DNA from: Pseudogymnoascus verrucosus | Taxonomy: Eukaryota | Length of the DNA stretch: 64,000 bases | Assembly (NCBI GenBank): GCA_001662655.1 | Contig: KV460230.1 | Reading direction: 5' to 3' (one strand) | Shown: positions 10,125 through 21,545 of the stretch, piece by piece | How positions within the stretch are numbered: the first letter of the stretch is position 1 | How the letters are laid out: the number at the start of each line of letters is the position of its first letter | Position numbers and translations under genes: made by a program | The notes under the pieces: generated by a model | Databases searched by the model: none | Told to the model about the DNA's origin: nothing | Seen by the model: the letters and a program-made list of their open reading frames with translations, nothing else

Positions 10125-11332
10125 TTACGGGCCATTTTCAAGCTCATACGTGTTGGATGGATACAGTGTGCCCTTCTTGAGAATAACAAGCGGATGGTGA
10201 TAAAGTCCCGATTGAGTTGGAACACTCCAAGCCTGAACCGGTTGTTTCTGCGCTAGTTCCCAAAAAAGGTCCATGCTGTAAAGCTCCTCAGATCGCACAG
10301 CATAGAACCAGGTCAATAACGTATACAAACTGACCTTTAATCGGCCTTCATAATGCTCCGCCCCAGCTGCTGAATCTGCTGATGGAGGTGGAGGAGGAGG
10401 TGTGGTTGAAGGGACGAACTTCGCGTCATACGCCCATATCCACGGTGTACGAGTGTTAATGCACGCATTCACAACCTCGGGAGTGACGAGTAGGAAAGTA
10501 TTAGTCAGAATACGTGGATTTGGGTCAACCTCTCCTGCCACTCGGTCTTGGAAAATGCTAGAATATTGTCAGTCAAGGAAATTTGAGGAAAGAGTAGGAA
10601 ATAGGCAGACCTGCGTAAAATTTCAGGGCTACTCTCAGACACAAGCCCGTCTGAGAAAGTAAACTCTTTCGTTGGGATGATGGCTGTGCCGCCCTTCAAC
10701 AGCCTGAGGCCCTCATCCACGCGACTGTCCATAACCGTAAGAAACCTTTCCCAAGAGTCATTGTTGCTGTCACCAATTGTTGCACTATCCCTGAAGACAA
10801 CAAACCCCCAGCGTCTAGTCTGATTGCTCCATGACACGGATGGGTCGATAAGTTTCCGTACCCATTTGCAAGGCTGCTTCATGTCCTCAGCGTAACTCTC
10901 CAATCTCGCCTTGGTTTCTTTTGCTCTGGCAGCTGAAAAGTCGTTTGCCCGACATCTAACAGCTAACGATACAGCGTCATCCCGAGGAGTTACAAGTGCA
11001 CGACGAGCTTTCAAGTGAGCCGTCCGATCCTCGTGACACCAGTGAATTTTGCTGTTTGCTGTCGACTCCCATGGATCCCAAATGTGGTACCCATTTCTCA
11101 TTAAACGGCATTCTTCAGATGTCATCGACTCGGGACTTGTGAGGGCTTTGTTCTCCAATTCTTCCGGTGTTAATCCACTGACTTCGAGGGCGTGGGCAAT
11201 TTGTGTAGTGAGGTCCGCTTGTCGAAGTACAATGAGTCTTTCGGCGTCTGTCACCTCACCTGGAGTTTGTACAGCCTTGGCCCATAACTCCCTCTCTAGA
11301 GGAGTAGGATAAACGTCCTTCGGGAGGTCCAT
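10125..11332 (-). CDS. Hypothetical fungal protein; complement(join(10125..10557,10611..11332))
   Basis: Two ORFs join in frame across intron 10558-10610 (GT...CTGAC...TAG). Contains a WGFVVFR motif seen in fungal hypothetical proteins. Confidence 0.75.
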
Positions 11333-11384
11333 GCTTGATGTTTTCCAAGAGTGGTGATTTGGATGCGATTTACAGTCGATGTGA

Positions 11385-11481
11385 CCTCACCCCGCGGCTA
11401 ACCCTCGCTTCACCCCTAAGGCGGCAAGGGGCTCACCGGCTAGGCCGGGATGTCACCAACCGAAGTAAAAAGCAAGTGGTT
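11385..11481 (-). mobile_element. Second Starship-like terminus (element B), homologous to the 6182-6242 terminus
   Basis: Aligns with the element A end at the same distance from the 5S junction (taaggcggc...gctcaccggctaggcc...atgtcacc..cc..agta). Includes GCTAACCCTC/CTCACCCC-type subterminal motifs. Confidence 0.65.
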
Positions 11482-11544
11482 GCTTGAGATCGGTGGATTA
11501 GTAGTTGGGTGGGTGACCACCAGCGAATACCCACTGTTGTATGT
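11482..11544 (+). pseudogene. 5S rRNA gene, 3' half only (about nt 57-119)
   Basis: Identical to 18759-18821, with a T-run terminator. The 5' half is absent. Confidence 0.95.
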
Positions 11545-14500
11545 TTTTGTTTTGTTATTTTTTGTGGTTGCCTTTTTTTGCACCAGGCTTGAAAGCGGTA
11601 AGGAGACCCTGGGGGGGGGGAAGGAGCTCAGAAGACACATCATCCGTGTGAACCACTTGATTTTCTGAGTCCTTGAATTCCTTTTAAGGCAGGTGTATGG
11701 CTGATGTATTGACCATACCGGGTTTCTAGAGAGGAGAACTGATATATTGTTCTTAGGCTGTCTTCTTTTGCTCCATGATTAAAGCAGTTTCCCCCAGCAT
11801 AGCCTTATTTATATTTATGCTCATCAGTGAGGAGCTACTTTGGCGGCGCATGTGCTGGATGTCACTATAACAGCGAGACAAAACGGTGTACGTTTTGGAA
11901 ACTAATCGACTTGACCGGTGACTCTGACGTGGTCGTGTACGTGATAGATGTGAATAGAGGGTTCTGTCGTGGTGGTGTTCTCACCTACCATTCTTCTCGT
12001 GATACGGGTTCTACTTCTCACCACATACCTTCTCACCACCACCCCCCTCCTGTCACCTCCAATACACCATCCCCAGAAGCATTCAAGAGTCGCTAGGGGG
12101 AAGTTCGAAAGACACCTCTTGTGTGCGTGTGGCCCGTTTTACGTCAGTTCCATAAAAAAAAACCTTTCAGCTCCATATATCGCCGTTGGTTTGACGAAAC
12201 TTTCCTCTCAGGAGCTCTTTTTATACTTCGCCACTGCAGGAAGGAGTTCATCTCAGATTAGCTGGTGAGCCTGGGATCCCGAGTTTTGCTTCCTTTATCT
12301 TGTGTCTTGGGGAAATGGGAAAGAGGAAGGGGATATATGATATACGATAGACGTGCTATATATAGTCTAGTTAAGCCATTCCCAACCTATCCGCCTTGAA
12401 ACTCGTTTATGACAGTGTTCAGCCGTTATAAAGCAATCCCAATTCCGACTGTACAATGTCTTGTGGGTTCTTACTGTTGCGATGGTGCACTCAGCTCCCC
12501 TTCTTCTCAGGATACGGGTTCTTCCTGTTGCGCACTATTCTCACCTCTACTTCTCACCACAAACCTTCTCACCACCGCCACGCCCCCGTCACCTCCAACC
12601 CCCCACCCTCAAAGAACCCAGGAGCCGCCGCTCGAGACCAGCTTAGCATGCACCTCGTGTATGTGTCACCTATCAACCATTTTCCGTCATTTGACCACTT
12701 GAAAGTGCAGCTCATCCAATTTTTGGATATCAGCACCACCAGCGTCTTCAAACCCGAATAAAACCCCACGAGGGGCCCTATATTATCCCAGCCCCAGGGG
12801 AGACCTGTCGAAATGTTTATACTTCTTTATTTTGTCCTGCAACCGAGGATGTTTTCGTTCCAGAAGCTCGTTTTATACCCCGTCCTCGTCCCTGGAAGAG
12901 GGAGCTTATCTCAGCTCAGCTCAGTTTAGATGGTGAGTCTGGAATCCTGTTTTACTGTACGGCGATGGTGTTGTTGTTGTTGTTGTTGTCTCACTTCAAA
13001 TAGGGATGGGATGGATGGGGGAGACACGGGTCACGGTGGTGGTTTGGGGTGAGACACATAGGTTGGACGCGTATATACTGCATGCCAGATAGGGGGGTAT
13101 ATACCGTACATATCGTATTAGATGTCAAAAGGGGGATTGATTGCTTTTTGATCCGCCTCCTGTCGCGAGTGACACCATACCATACCCCTACCATACACCC
13201 TTTCACGTGACCACCACCGTTGACTGGTTCGGGTGATCGACATGTCCTGGTTCGCGCCGCTGTGACTGACTGGTTGACATGTTTGATAGTTCGGATGGCG
13301 ATATATTGTGGTTCTTTTGAAGAAATATTTTCTTCCTGCATGGTTGGGTGGATTAGGGAGGCAAGGACTGACTGGTTCTGACATGCGTAGGGGGGGAACT
13401 TGGCAGGTTGTGGTGTGTGTGTACGCAGTGAACTGTGGTTCGTGTGAGGCGAATATTGGTATAAGGTGGAACAGTCTTGGTGTAGGGCTGACTGGGTATA
13501 GGATGGATGACTGGTTGAAGGCTGACTGGTTGGGTAGTGTGTATGGTATTGTGCTGTGGTTATTGGGTAGAAAATTTGAAGAAGTTGATGTAAAATTCTT
13601 CTTCGTGGCGGCGTGGCGGCTTGGTATGTGCTGTTCGCCTCCTGTGCGGTGAGTTGTCGCGTCGTCGCTGCCAGCTATGCTGCCAACTCTGCTGTCAACT
13701 CTGCTGTCAACTCTGATTCATCCCTAATATCCCATCCCATCCCTCATCTCCACTACCAGACATACTCACCACCATCCAAAAACCACATGTCATAAAAAAC
13801 AACACCACCTCCTGAGCTTCAGACACACACACATCCCTCAGACACCCAATTGTCCAGACCACCAGATCGTCCCGATCGGCTGCCGAGCAACAAACACCTT
13901 CACCTTCACCAGTAGTGCATTTCCCAAAGCGTGCGCTCCTGTGCACCTCTGCTCTCTCCTCAGCACATCTCCGATTAAGTTTGTGTGCAGCGCGGCAGAT
14001 GAGAACTGTATCTGGACAAAGGGAGTGGAACCGTGAAAATGACGCGAAAGCTTGGTTGGTGCTGATCCCAATCACCACCATTTAAGAGGCGAGAGTAGAC
14101 AACAAAGCGCATGCAAACTATCCCGTAGTGTCACCAGAGTAAAGTGCTCAAAGTGCGCAAAGTGCGCATATACCAAGACTAACCAAGGCTAACCCAAGGC
14201 TAACCCAAGCCTATAAACCACTTCTGTAAAGGTCACTTATGCCAAACTGGCGTATTACCTCACATGGGACTCACCTCACATCCCGTACCGCCTGCTCATT
14301 TCCATCAATGCAACCCTCCCATCAGCCAATCAGCGCGTCGCAGGACCTGAAATACGCCCTGATGGCTGCTGTGTTCCTGCCTGTGGGTTCGCCTCAAATC
14401 TCGCTAACGCGTAGTAACTCCCTTATTCGGGTCTAGCTTCCCGTTCGCTTGCTTTCCCCCTTCGCACCTTTAGCATCTTTAGCACGCGCTCACTACAGAT

Positions 14501-15328
14501 GTGGACAGCACGGGGTACGGGGAGCGTTAGCGCCACCCCCCCTGATGGTAACTGTTTGGCCAGACCCCGTGTCTTGTGCGTTGATCGCACGCCCGGCACG
14601 CGTTTACTGGTAATTAACACCAATTTACACCAATTTACTCCGGCTTTTTCTCATTTTACGATCCACACCCCCCTCCCCCCCCAAACAACTCTACCTCTCA
14701 CTACCTCTCCCATAAACACCAGTCCATTCCATAGTAAACAAGTAATCTCTTACTCCGTACACCCCCCTTTCCTCTTCCCTCCCTCAACCAGACACACGTT
14801 CCTTTTCTGTTCCCCCCCCTGGTTTCCTCAATCTGCGGTCCCCACTCTTCTTCCTAACCGGTCACTTTACGGTCACTTTACACACTACTACTCTACTTGC
14901 CGCCCTCATTTCGTTCTTGTCCTCTCCACACCTTCTACCAACTTCCTCACTTCACCGTTCTATTTCCACCCAACTGAGAGTCAAGACTCTCAATCACACT
15001 CCTTTGGAAGGTCGCTGTCGGTGAATACACTCTTTGATCAGGAAATTCACTTTACCTTCAACCTTTCGTCGTCGTCAACTTCACCTTTGAAACCCGGGAT
15101 CAACAACAGCACACAGCTGTCTGTTATCAATCCGATCAACCCAATGTGAGTAGACCCTCTCCCCTCTCCTTCAACAGATTGAATATGATTCAATTCCACG
15201 CATCAATCGCGCTGGATTGTTTTCCAACGCGCAAACATTCTCAATTGCGAACAAAGCGCCTCCATACAACTAGAAACTGACAACTCCTCCTTCGCGTCCA
15301 GACCAAAGAACTACACGAACCCTTCACA

Positions 15329-16663
15329 ATGAAGCTCATCACCATCGCCCTCGTCGGCGCCTCTGCCGTGGCCGCGGCTTCCCACCGCCACGTGCATCGC
15401 CATGCTCCCCACGTCCGCGGCTCCGCAGTCGCCAAGCGCGCCGACGCAACCGTCGTTGAGGACGCCGTCGTGACCAAGTACGAGATGAACGGCAAGGAGC
15501 TCAACGCCGCCAAGGTCGAGCAGGGTGTCAAGGACGGAATCTACATCCTCCTCGACGACACCACCTCTGCTGCCCCTGTTCCCACCAAGGCTGCCGTCGC
15601 CGCCGGTGAGTTCTTGGAGCAGAAGAAGCCCACCACCCCAGCGGCTCCATCGACCACCAGCGTTGCGCCACCACCTCCGCCACCAACCACGAGCGCCGCC
15701 CCCGTCGTGCCGACCCCGGCTCCTTCTTCGGGAGGTGGTTCCGGTGCCACCGGCCTTGACGCCGACTTCCCCAGCGGAACCATCGACTGCGACCAGTTCC
15801 CCTCCGCCTACGGCCCCGTCGCTGCCGAGTGGCTCAACCTCGGCGGCTGGACCGGTCTCCAGATGACCCCCAGCTTCAGCCCTGGTGATGCCGCGATCCA
15901 CCTGATCAACACCGGTATCGGTGGCGACAACTGCATCAAGAACTCCTTCTGCTCGTACGCCTGCCCACCCGGATACCAGAAGTCCCAGTGGCCCTCTTCC
16001 CAGGGCGCAACCGGCCAGTCCATCGGCGGTCTCTACTGTAACGCCCAGGGCAAGCTCGAGCTCACCAACCCCACTCTGTCCAAGACTCTCTGCATCAAGG
16101 GAACTGGCGAGGTTAAGGTTAAGAACACCATCGGCCGCAACGTCCCCATCTGCCGTACCGACTACCCCGGTACCGAGTCTGAGACCGTCGCTCTCGACAC
16201 CCAGCCCGGCCAGGAGTACGAGCTCACCTGCCCCGACGCCAACAAGTACTACAGATGGGGCAACGCCGCCACCTCGGCCCAGTACTACATCAACCCCGCT
16301 GGATCCCCTCTCAAGGATGCGTGCCGCTGGAACGAGGCCGGCTCGAACATGGGTAACTGGGCTCCCGTTAACTTGGGTGTCGGAAAGGGACCTACTGGCG
16401 AGACGTACATCTCGATCTTCCAGAACAAGCCTACCAACCCTGATGGAAAGCTCAACTTCAACTTGGAGATTGTGGGTGATGTTAGCGGAAAGTGCGCGTA
16501 CATTGATGGCCAGTTCTATAACAATGGTGTTGCTGACCCAAGTGGTTGCACTGTAAGTCTTGATTCCCCCCCTCACCATCTTCATATCACTCCAAGAAAA
16601 CCGGTTTTCTAACACAACCACCAGGTTCTCGTCACCGGCACCGCCACCTACAAGATCTACTAG
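15329..16663 (+). CDS. SUN1: Secreted SUN-family (GH132) beta-1,3-glucanase, Sun4/Uth1/Sim1-like; join(15329..16552,16625..16663)
   Basis: Signal peptide, His-rich HRHVHRH, Pro/Thr linker and the SUN motif CSYACPPGYQKSQWPSSQGATGQSIGGLYC. Intron 16553-16624, and a probable 5' UTR intron at ~15145-15302. Confidence 0.93.
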
Positions 16664-17289
16664 ATTTACTCTCTCTAGTTTCTTGTACCAATAATTCCAC
16701 CATTCGCGCTACCAGTTCGATTTTCCAATAACAGCCCAGCCCCAGCCCAAGTCTTCTTATTTGTTGAGACAATTGCTGAACACAAACACGTACATAATAA
16801 GATGTCCCTGCACACAAACAACACAAACTAGTTCATAGCAGTTACATGAAATGATGATTCTTTCTAAAACACTACTACACAATTCGATTCTAATTTAATG
16901 CTTTCTTCGTTTTTGTTTTTTGCTTATTTGCTGTTTACTCTCTTTGCGTGTTTTTGCAGTGTTTTTCTTGCTTGGACTGGTGATGGTGTGATGTAGATCG
17001 TCAACCTGATACTGTTTGAAGCTTGAAAAACGAGTGATGTTCGGTGGTGTGGTGAGGGTGAGTGAGGGGTGGGATGGCTGTGGTGAGCAAGGTGATTGTA
17101 TGTGTATGCAAACGTGCTACTGAAATGTGATGGAGTTATATGGTTACTGTGACCGACTGATCCTACAATCCTGCCCTCCCCTCCCCTCTCATTTCCACCC
17201 CTCTTTCCCCCACCATAACCGCCCCAACAGCCATCCCTAAGTGTGCACCACATACACATCTTTCGAACCAGACGCTATTCCGACTCGAG

Positions 17290-17486
17290 AAAGAAGGAAG
17301 GAGCAACCAGAACCACATTAACTAGGAAAGGGAAGGAACGACCCCCTCAACTGAGGAAAGAACGAGGGGCTTTCAGAGGGAAGGAACGACCTTGTAAAAA
17401 AAAGGGGGGGGGAGGAAGGAACGACGTATTAACTGACTGAGGAAGGAACGAACGACCTGAGTAAAAAAGGAAGGAAGGAACGACCC
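17290..17486. repeat. Cluster of about 6 dispersed GGAAGGAACGAC motifs
   Basis: Copies near 17330, 17354, 17378, 17413, 17440 and 17473. Confidence 0.75.
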
Positions 17487-18671
17487 GATTATAGAATAGA
17501 CGGAAAGGTCGAGAGCTGTGGTACGTATACCGTTAACTACTAATGTAACTTCGACTATTCTACTGACTGCCTATAGGTATAGCCTCCGGAGAAGGAACAT
17601 ATACACTGCTTCGCGCGGCGTCTTCTCGGGAGTATGTAGTGTGGAGATTGGATTGCTACTCGTCGAGGTTGTTGTCTGGCGGTTGGATGCGGTTAGGGGT
17701 GTATATATAGTTAGAGAAGACGGGGGAGGCGGTGGTGTGGAAAGTACGATGGCTGGTGCCGATCCATGCCACCTCGCTGGTTAGTAAAGGAGGTTATTGA
17801 GTCCTCTGGTAACACCCCTGCAGATGTGCCAGCAATGGCCATTTACTCTGCCTGGATCAAAGATGCCCTTGAGTCTGGAGAGATCATCGTTAGAGCCCAC
17901 TCGACACATACTGTGCTGGAAAAGGAGGTGGGAGCGGCAAGTCGGTCAACCCAAAACAGATCAGCATTTCAGGGGGGGGTTACGATTTGGGTTTGGAGGG
18001 TGGTTGGGGGGGGAGGGGGGAGGGGGGATTGTCGAGGGTGGTGCTGTTGATGTCGTTGCTCCTGTTGCTGTTGCTCATTCCTGATGCCGTCGTTCGTCCT
18101 GCTGCTGTCACTACTACCCCCATCTCTCGAATTTCCATCGCTCCCATTCCTATCTCTGCTGCGCTATCACCCCTTCCACTACCAACCCCCATGTCAAAAG
18201 TGGGCGCCTAGTAGATCAAATATCGGATGAGTAGTCCAATCCGATACGCGTCCAAGTCTGTCTTTTTATAGCCCCTGCACAGGTTTTTTTTACCATCCAG
18301 CGGATCGATTCTGTGTGAATGAGAAGTTTATCTCGCGCTGAGTCGAATAAGAACCCCTCCCCCCGGTCATTCATGTTCCTTCCTCGGCCCTCTCGCCTTT
18401 TTTCCATATCTCAGAGACGGTGCTATACCGGCGAGCTCATTCTCCTATTAGCTTTACTAGCCGCACAGATCATAGGTGGAGACTACATAACGCGGGAACC
18501 ATTATAACGGCACACAGTTCAAGAGCGACCAACAGGAGATTACTCTCAAGTCGAAGATCGCAGAACTAGAGAGATCTAGGTGACTCAACTTGTAGCCGTG
18601 ATGCCACAACCTCGAGACACAAAATCCTAGACGGCCGCCGGTTTAGCCAACCTATTGTATGCAGTATGGGG

Positions 18672-18680
18672 TTATATATA
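18672..18680 (+). promoter_or_regulatory. TATA-like element about 25-30 bp upstream of the 5S gene
   Basis: TTATATATA upstream of the 5S start, as is known for dispersed 5S genes of Neurospora. Confidence 0.6.
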
Positions 18681-18702
18681 CTCTACGTTGCGAACAACTG
18701 TC

Positions 18703-18821
18703 ACATACGACCATAGACTCAAGAGAATTGGGCATCCCGTCCGCTCTGCCATACACAAGCTTGAGATCGGTGGATTAGTAGTTGGGTGGGTGACCACCAG
18801 CGAATACCCACTGTTGTATGT
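18703..18821 (+). rRNA. 5S ribosomal RNA gene (intact, dispersed copy)
   Basis: 119 nt, ACATACGACCATAG...CTGTTGTATGT, with complementary ends, the conserved GATTAGTAGTTGGGTGGGTGACCACCAGCGAATACCC and a T-run terminator. Confidence 0.97.
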
Positions 18822-20809
18822 TTTTGCCTTTTTTTTTTGCCATTTTTAGCTATGGAATTACGAGGGCGTAGTTTGTTTGGGTTGAGAGGGAGGTTGATAT
18901 AAAAACGTATACTGTCCTGTCCGATCCCACTTCGCGTGGGGGGGCTACGATTCATGTTTGGACGGCGGGTGGTGGTGGCGCGGGATTGTTGATATTGGTG
19001 CTGTTGCTGCCGTTGCTCCTGCTGCTGTCGTCACCCCTGTTGCTGTCGCCCACCCTTGTTGCCGTCACCCCCTATTGCTGTCACCCCTTTCACCCATGCC
19101 CGCCCTCCCCATATCACCACCATCCTAGCGCAATCACAACCTACCTATCAACACACCCCCCCCAGCCGCAACTCACACACGCCATAAGAGAGGCATTGAT
19201 CTCCTTTGATGCATGGTCAAGAAGCAATATCTCTGGCAGCAGCAGGCCAACTATATATGTGTATCTCGACTACGGATTTCTGACCCAGTGGTGGTGCAGA
19301 CGTGCTTTAACACCAAGACGACACCGCGGTGACTGGTGTCTGCACAGCGACTTCGAGACGAGATACGGGTATGTTGGCATGCTGGTAGAATAGTTTTTGC
19401 GGGGACTTGTCGTCTTTTACTTCCTGGAGGGGGGGGGGAGGGGGAGGGAGGGGGACTTCATTATAAACCCACGATACTTCCTGTTTTCTGGTGTCTACCG
19501 TATCACGTCCTGTCCTCAAAATGTATTTGCGTGGAGAAACTTCGCCGCCTAGTCGGTATATGGATGACATGTATACACCGTAAAGAGCCTCAGAAAGTCC
19601 TAGCTTGCTGGACAAAGACAACTAAAGAATGATTTCGCTCAAGAGTACACCCATCTCTGAATATCAACCTGTCTTAAAAGCACGATTCGAGAGTGAGGAA
19701 AAACTCGCCTGCCTCTTCTCCAACGAGCTATAGCTACACGAGAGACTTGCTACAACCACACACCAGATCCTCAAACTGCACACGACAAGATCACGGTTGT
19801 GGCAAAGCGAGTCTCGGATGAGTTCAAGCTTGCTACCAAGAAGGAGAGGGAGCGCATTCGCAGAAAGCGGGTTGCCGAAGACGAATGGATGGTTATGATC
19901 TTGTTGCTATTGCTCCTGTTGCTGTCGCTCCTGTTCTTGTCACCCCTTTTCTTGTGACCCCTTTTCCTGTCACCCCTTTTCTGTCACCCCTTTTCTTGTC
20001 ACCCCTTTTCCTATCACCCCCTGTTCCTATCAAGCCTTTTCCTAGTACCCCCCGAGATAGTCTCGCTGCATAATAGAGTACATATCGGACGTGTAACCAA
20101 TCCGATAATTTGTTGTTGAGCTGCGGAAGTTCGCATCCTGGTGTCTTTCGCAGTATGATGACTCGTATAATACACCTGGATGCACAAGAAAGAAGCTTAT
20201 CTAGTGCTGAGTTGAATACGAAACCCCCCCCCCCCCTTCCCCCAACTCTGCCACCATCTTATTCCATGCATCCCACAAGCAGAAACGCATGTGGGGAGAT
20301 AATGGAGAAGTATGTATTCTGCCCCGGTCTTGCCCACACTGCTCACATAGAGGATTAGATATACCAGGAGGCCATATTTTGTGAATCTGTAATGTGTGAC
20401 TGGAATATCACCGGTAATAGCATATGTATGCCTTGCTCCCTCTCATATTGTCTGAATATCTATCGCGAGATCCCACATACCCACTTTTACGATATATGGA
20501 ACAAACTGTCTGCAATGTTGCCCTGGAAGGAGAGACAAGAGTGTGACGAGGGTATGAATAAATGTTTCTTCGGCCATGATACCGAAAGAGCACAAACAAT
20601 ATGCAGCGCCCAAACAGCATCGTGAACCAATATGCACTATGGGCAAAAGAGAGGATGAAGCTAATGAAGATAAATATGATACCGAGGCAGTTACAGATCT
20701 GGAATTAATAAACAAAATATTCGAGCGACAAATGAAGAACCTGTGTGGCGAACATAAAGCACTTTAAAATTACTATGCTACCATGTCCATTGCGGGTATG
20801 TCTGCGATA

Positions 20810-21262
20810 TTATAACAATATATGGTGTGGGGAGCGCTGGTAAGAGGGGTGATGGTGGCGAGGGGGGTATCGACAGCAAAAAGTGGTATTGACAGCAAGG
20901 AGTATCGACAGCAACAAGAGCGCCAGCAACAAGAACATCATCCACGATCCCGAACCCTCCTCCTGTCGAGCCACTCTCTGCCTCTTGATCTCGTTCATTT
21001 GCTCTTGGACAATTGCCAATAAAGCATCAATCTGTTCTGCCTGGTGATTGAACAGATCTGTTGTGACCGCCATACGGATGTCTTCTTTGTACGCCAGAAT
21101 CTTATATGCCATGCCACTAGGGATTTTATCACATTGGTATTCTTTGCACGCTGACTCTTGGATATTCTCTGCCTCTATTCGTGGAGTTGGTGAGGAGGTT
21201 ATGCCTCCCCATAGTAACAATAAGTCGGCACGACACAACTGGCTTCTCCCTACCAAAGCCAA
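20810..21262 (-). CDS. Hypothetical coiled-coil protein with C-terminal hydrophobic segment (possibly a relic)
   Basis: 150-aa ORF without an ATG start, containing EQMNEIKRQRVARQEE and WMMFLLLALLLLSILLAV. A similar degenerate copy lies on the plus strand at ~19700-19990. Confidence 0.35.
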   Translation of the reverse strand: MALVGRSQLCRADLLLLWGGITSSPTPRIEAENIQESACKEYQCDKIPSGMAYKILAYKEDIRMAVTTDLFNHQAEQIDALLAIVQEQMNEIKRQRVARQEEGSGSWMMFLLLALLLLSILLAVNTTFCCRYPPRHHHPSYQRSPHHILL

Positions 21263-21545
21263 GTTTTGATTTATTGATATATCAGTATGCGACTACCAGG
21301 TGGCATCAATCTGTTCGTGCGGTTCATGTAAATACAGTAAGTATATTGTATCCTAGAAACATGCATCTCATCAGATCACGTCGGAAGATTCATCACACAC
21401 CCTCTCATCCACCCATAACACGACAGAACCAAGCGCATCAAAACATGTCACGTCAAAACAACCACACATTCCCTCACAAACACATTAGTTTTAACTGATT
21501 TGATTCTTCTTGATCTCCCCTCAACCCCTCCGAGCATCAAGCCCA

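Noticed and set aside
11430..11481. Element end supplying a replacement 5' half to rebuild a functional 5S gene
   Set aside because: Neither terminus resembles 5S nt 1-55 or can pair with the 3' end (no ACATACGAC).
11450..11668. Short ORFs containing LEIGGLVVGWVTTSEYPLLYV (also 18655-18849)
   Set aside because: Spurious translations of 5S rRNA sequence.
14180..14212. CTAACC-containing repeats as an interstitial telomere
   Set aside because: Only about 3 degenerate AAGGCTAACCC units, not (CCCTAA)n.
15311..16621. Long antisense ORFs (also 40103-41206, 54867-56042, 57066-58697 and 21510-22307)
   Set aside because: Shadow frames of GC3-biased real genes on the opposite strand.
17290..17486. 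CRISPR-like repeat/spacer pattern
   Set aside because: Eukaryotic context, short irregular purine-rich motifs, uneven spacing and no cas genes.
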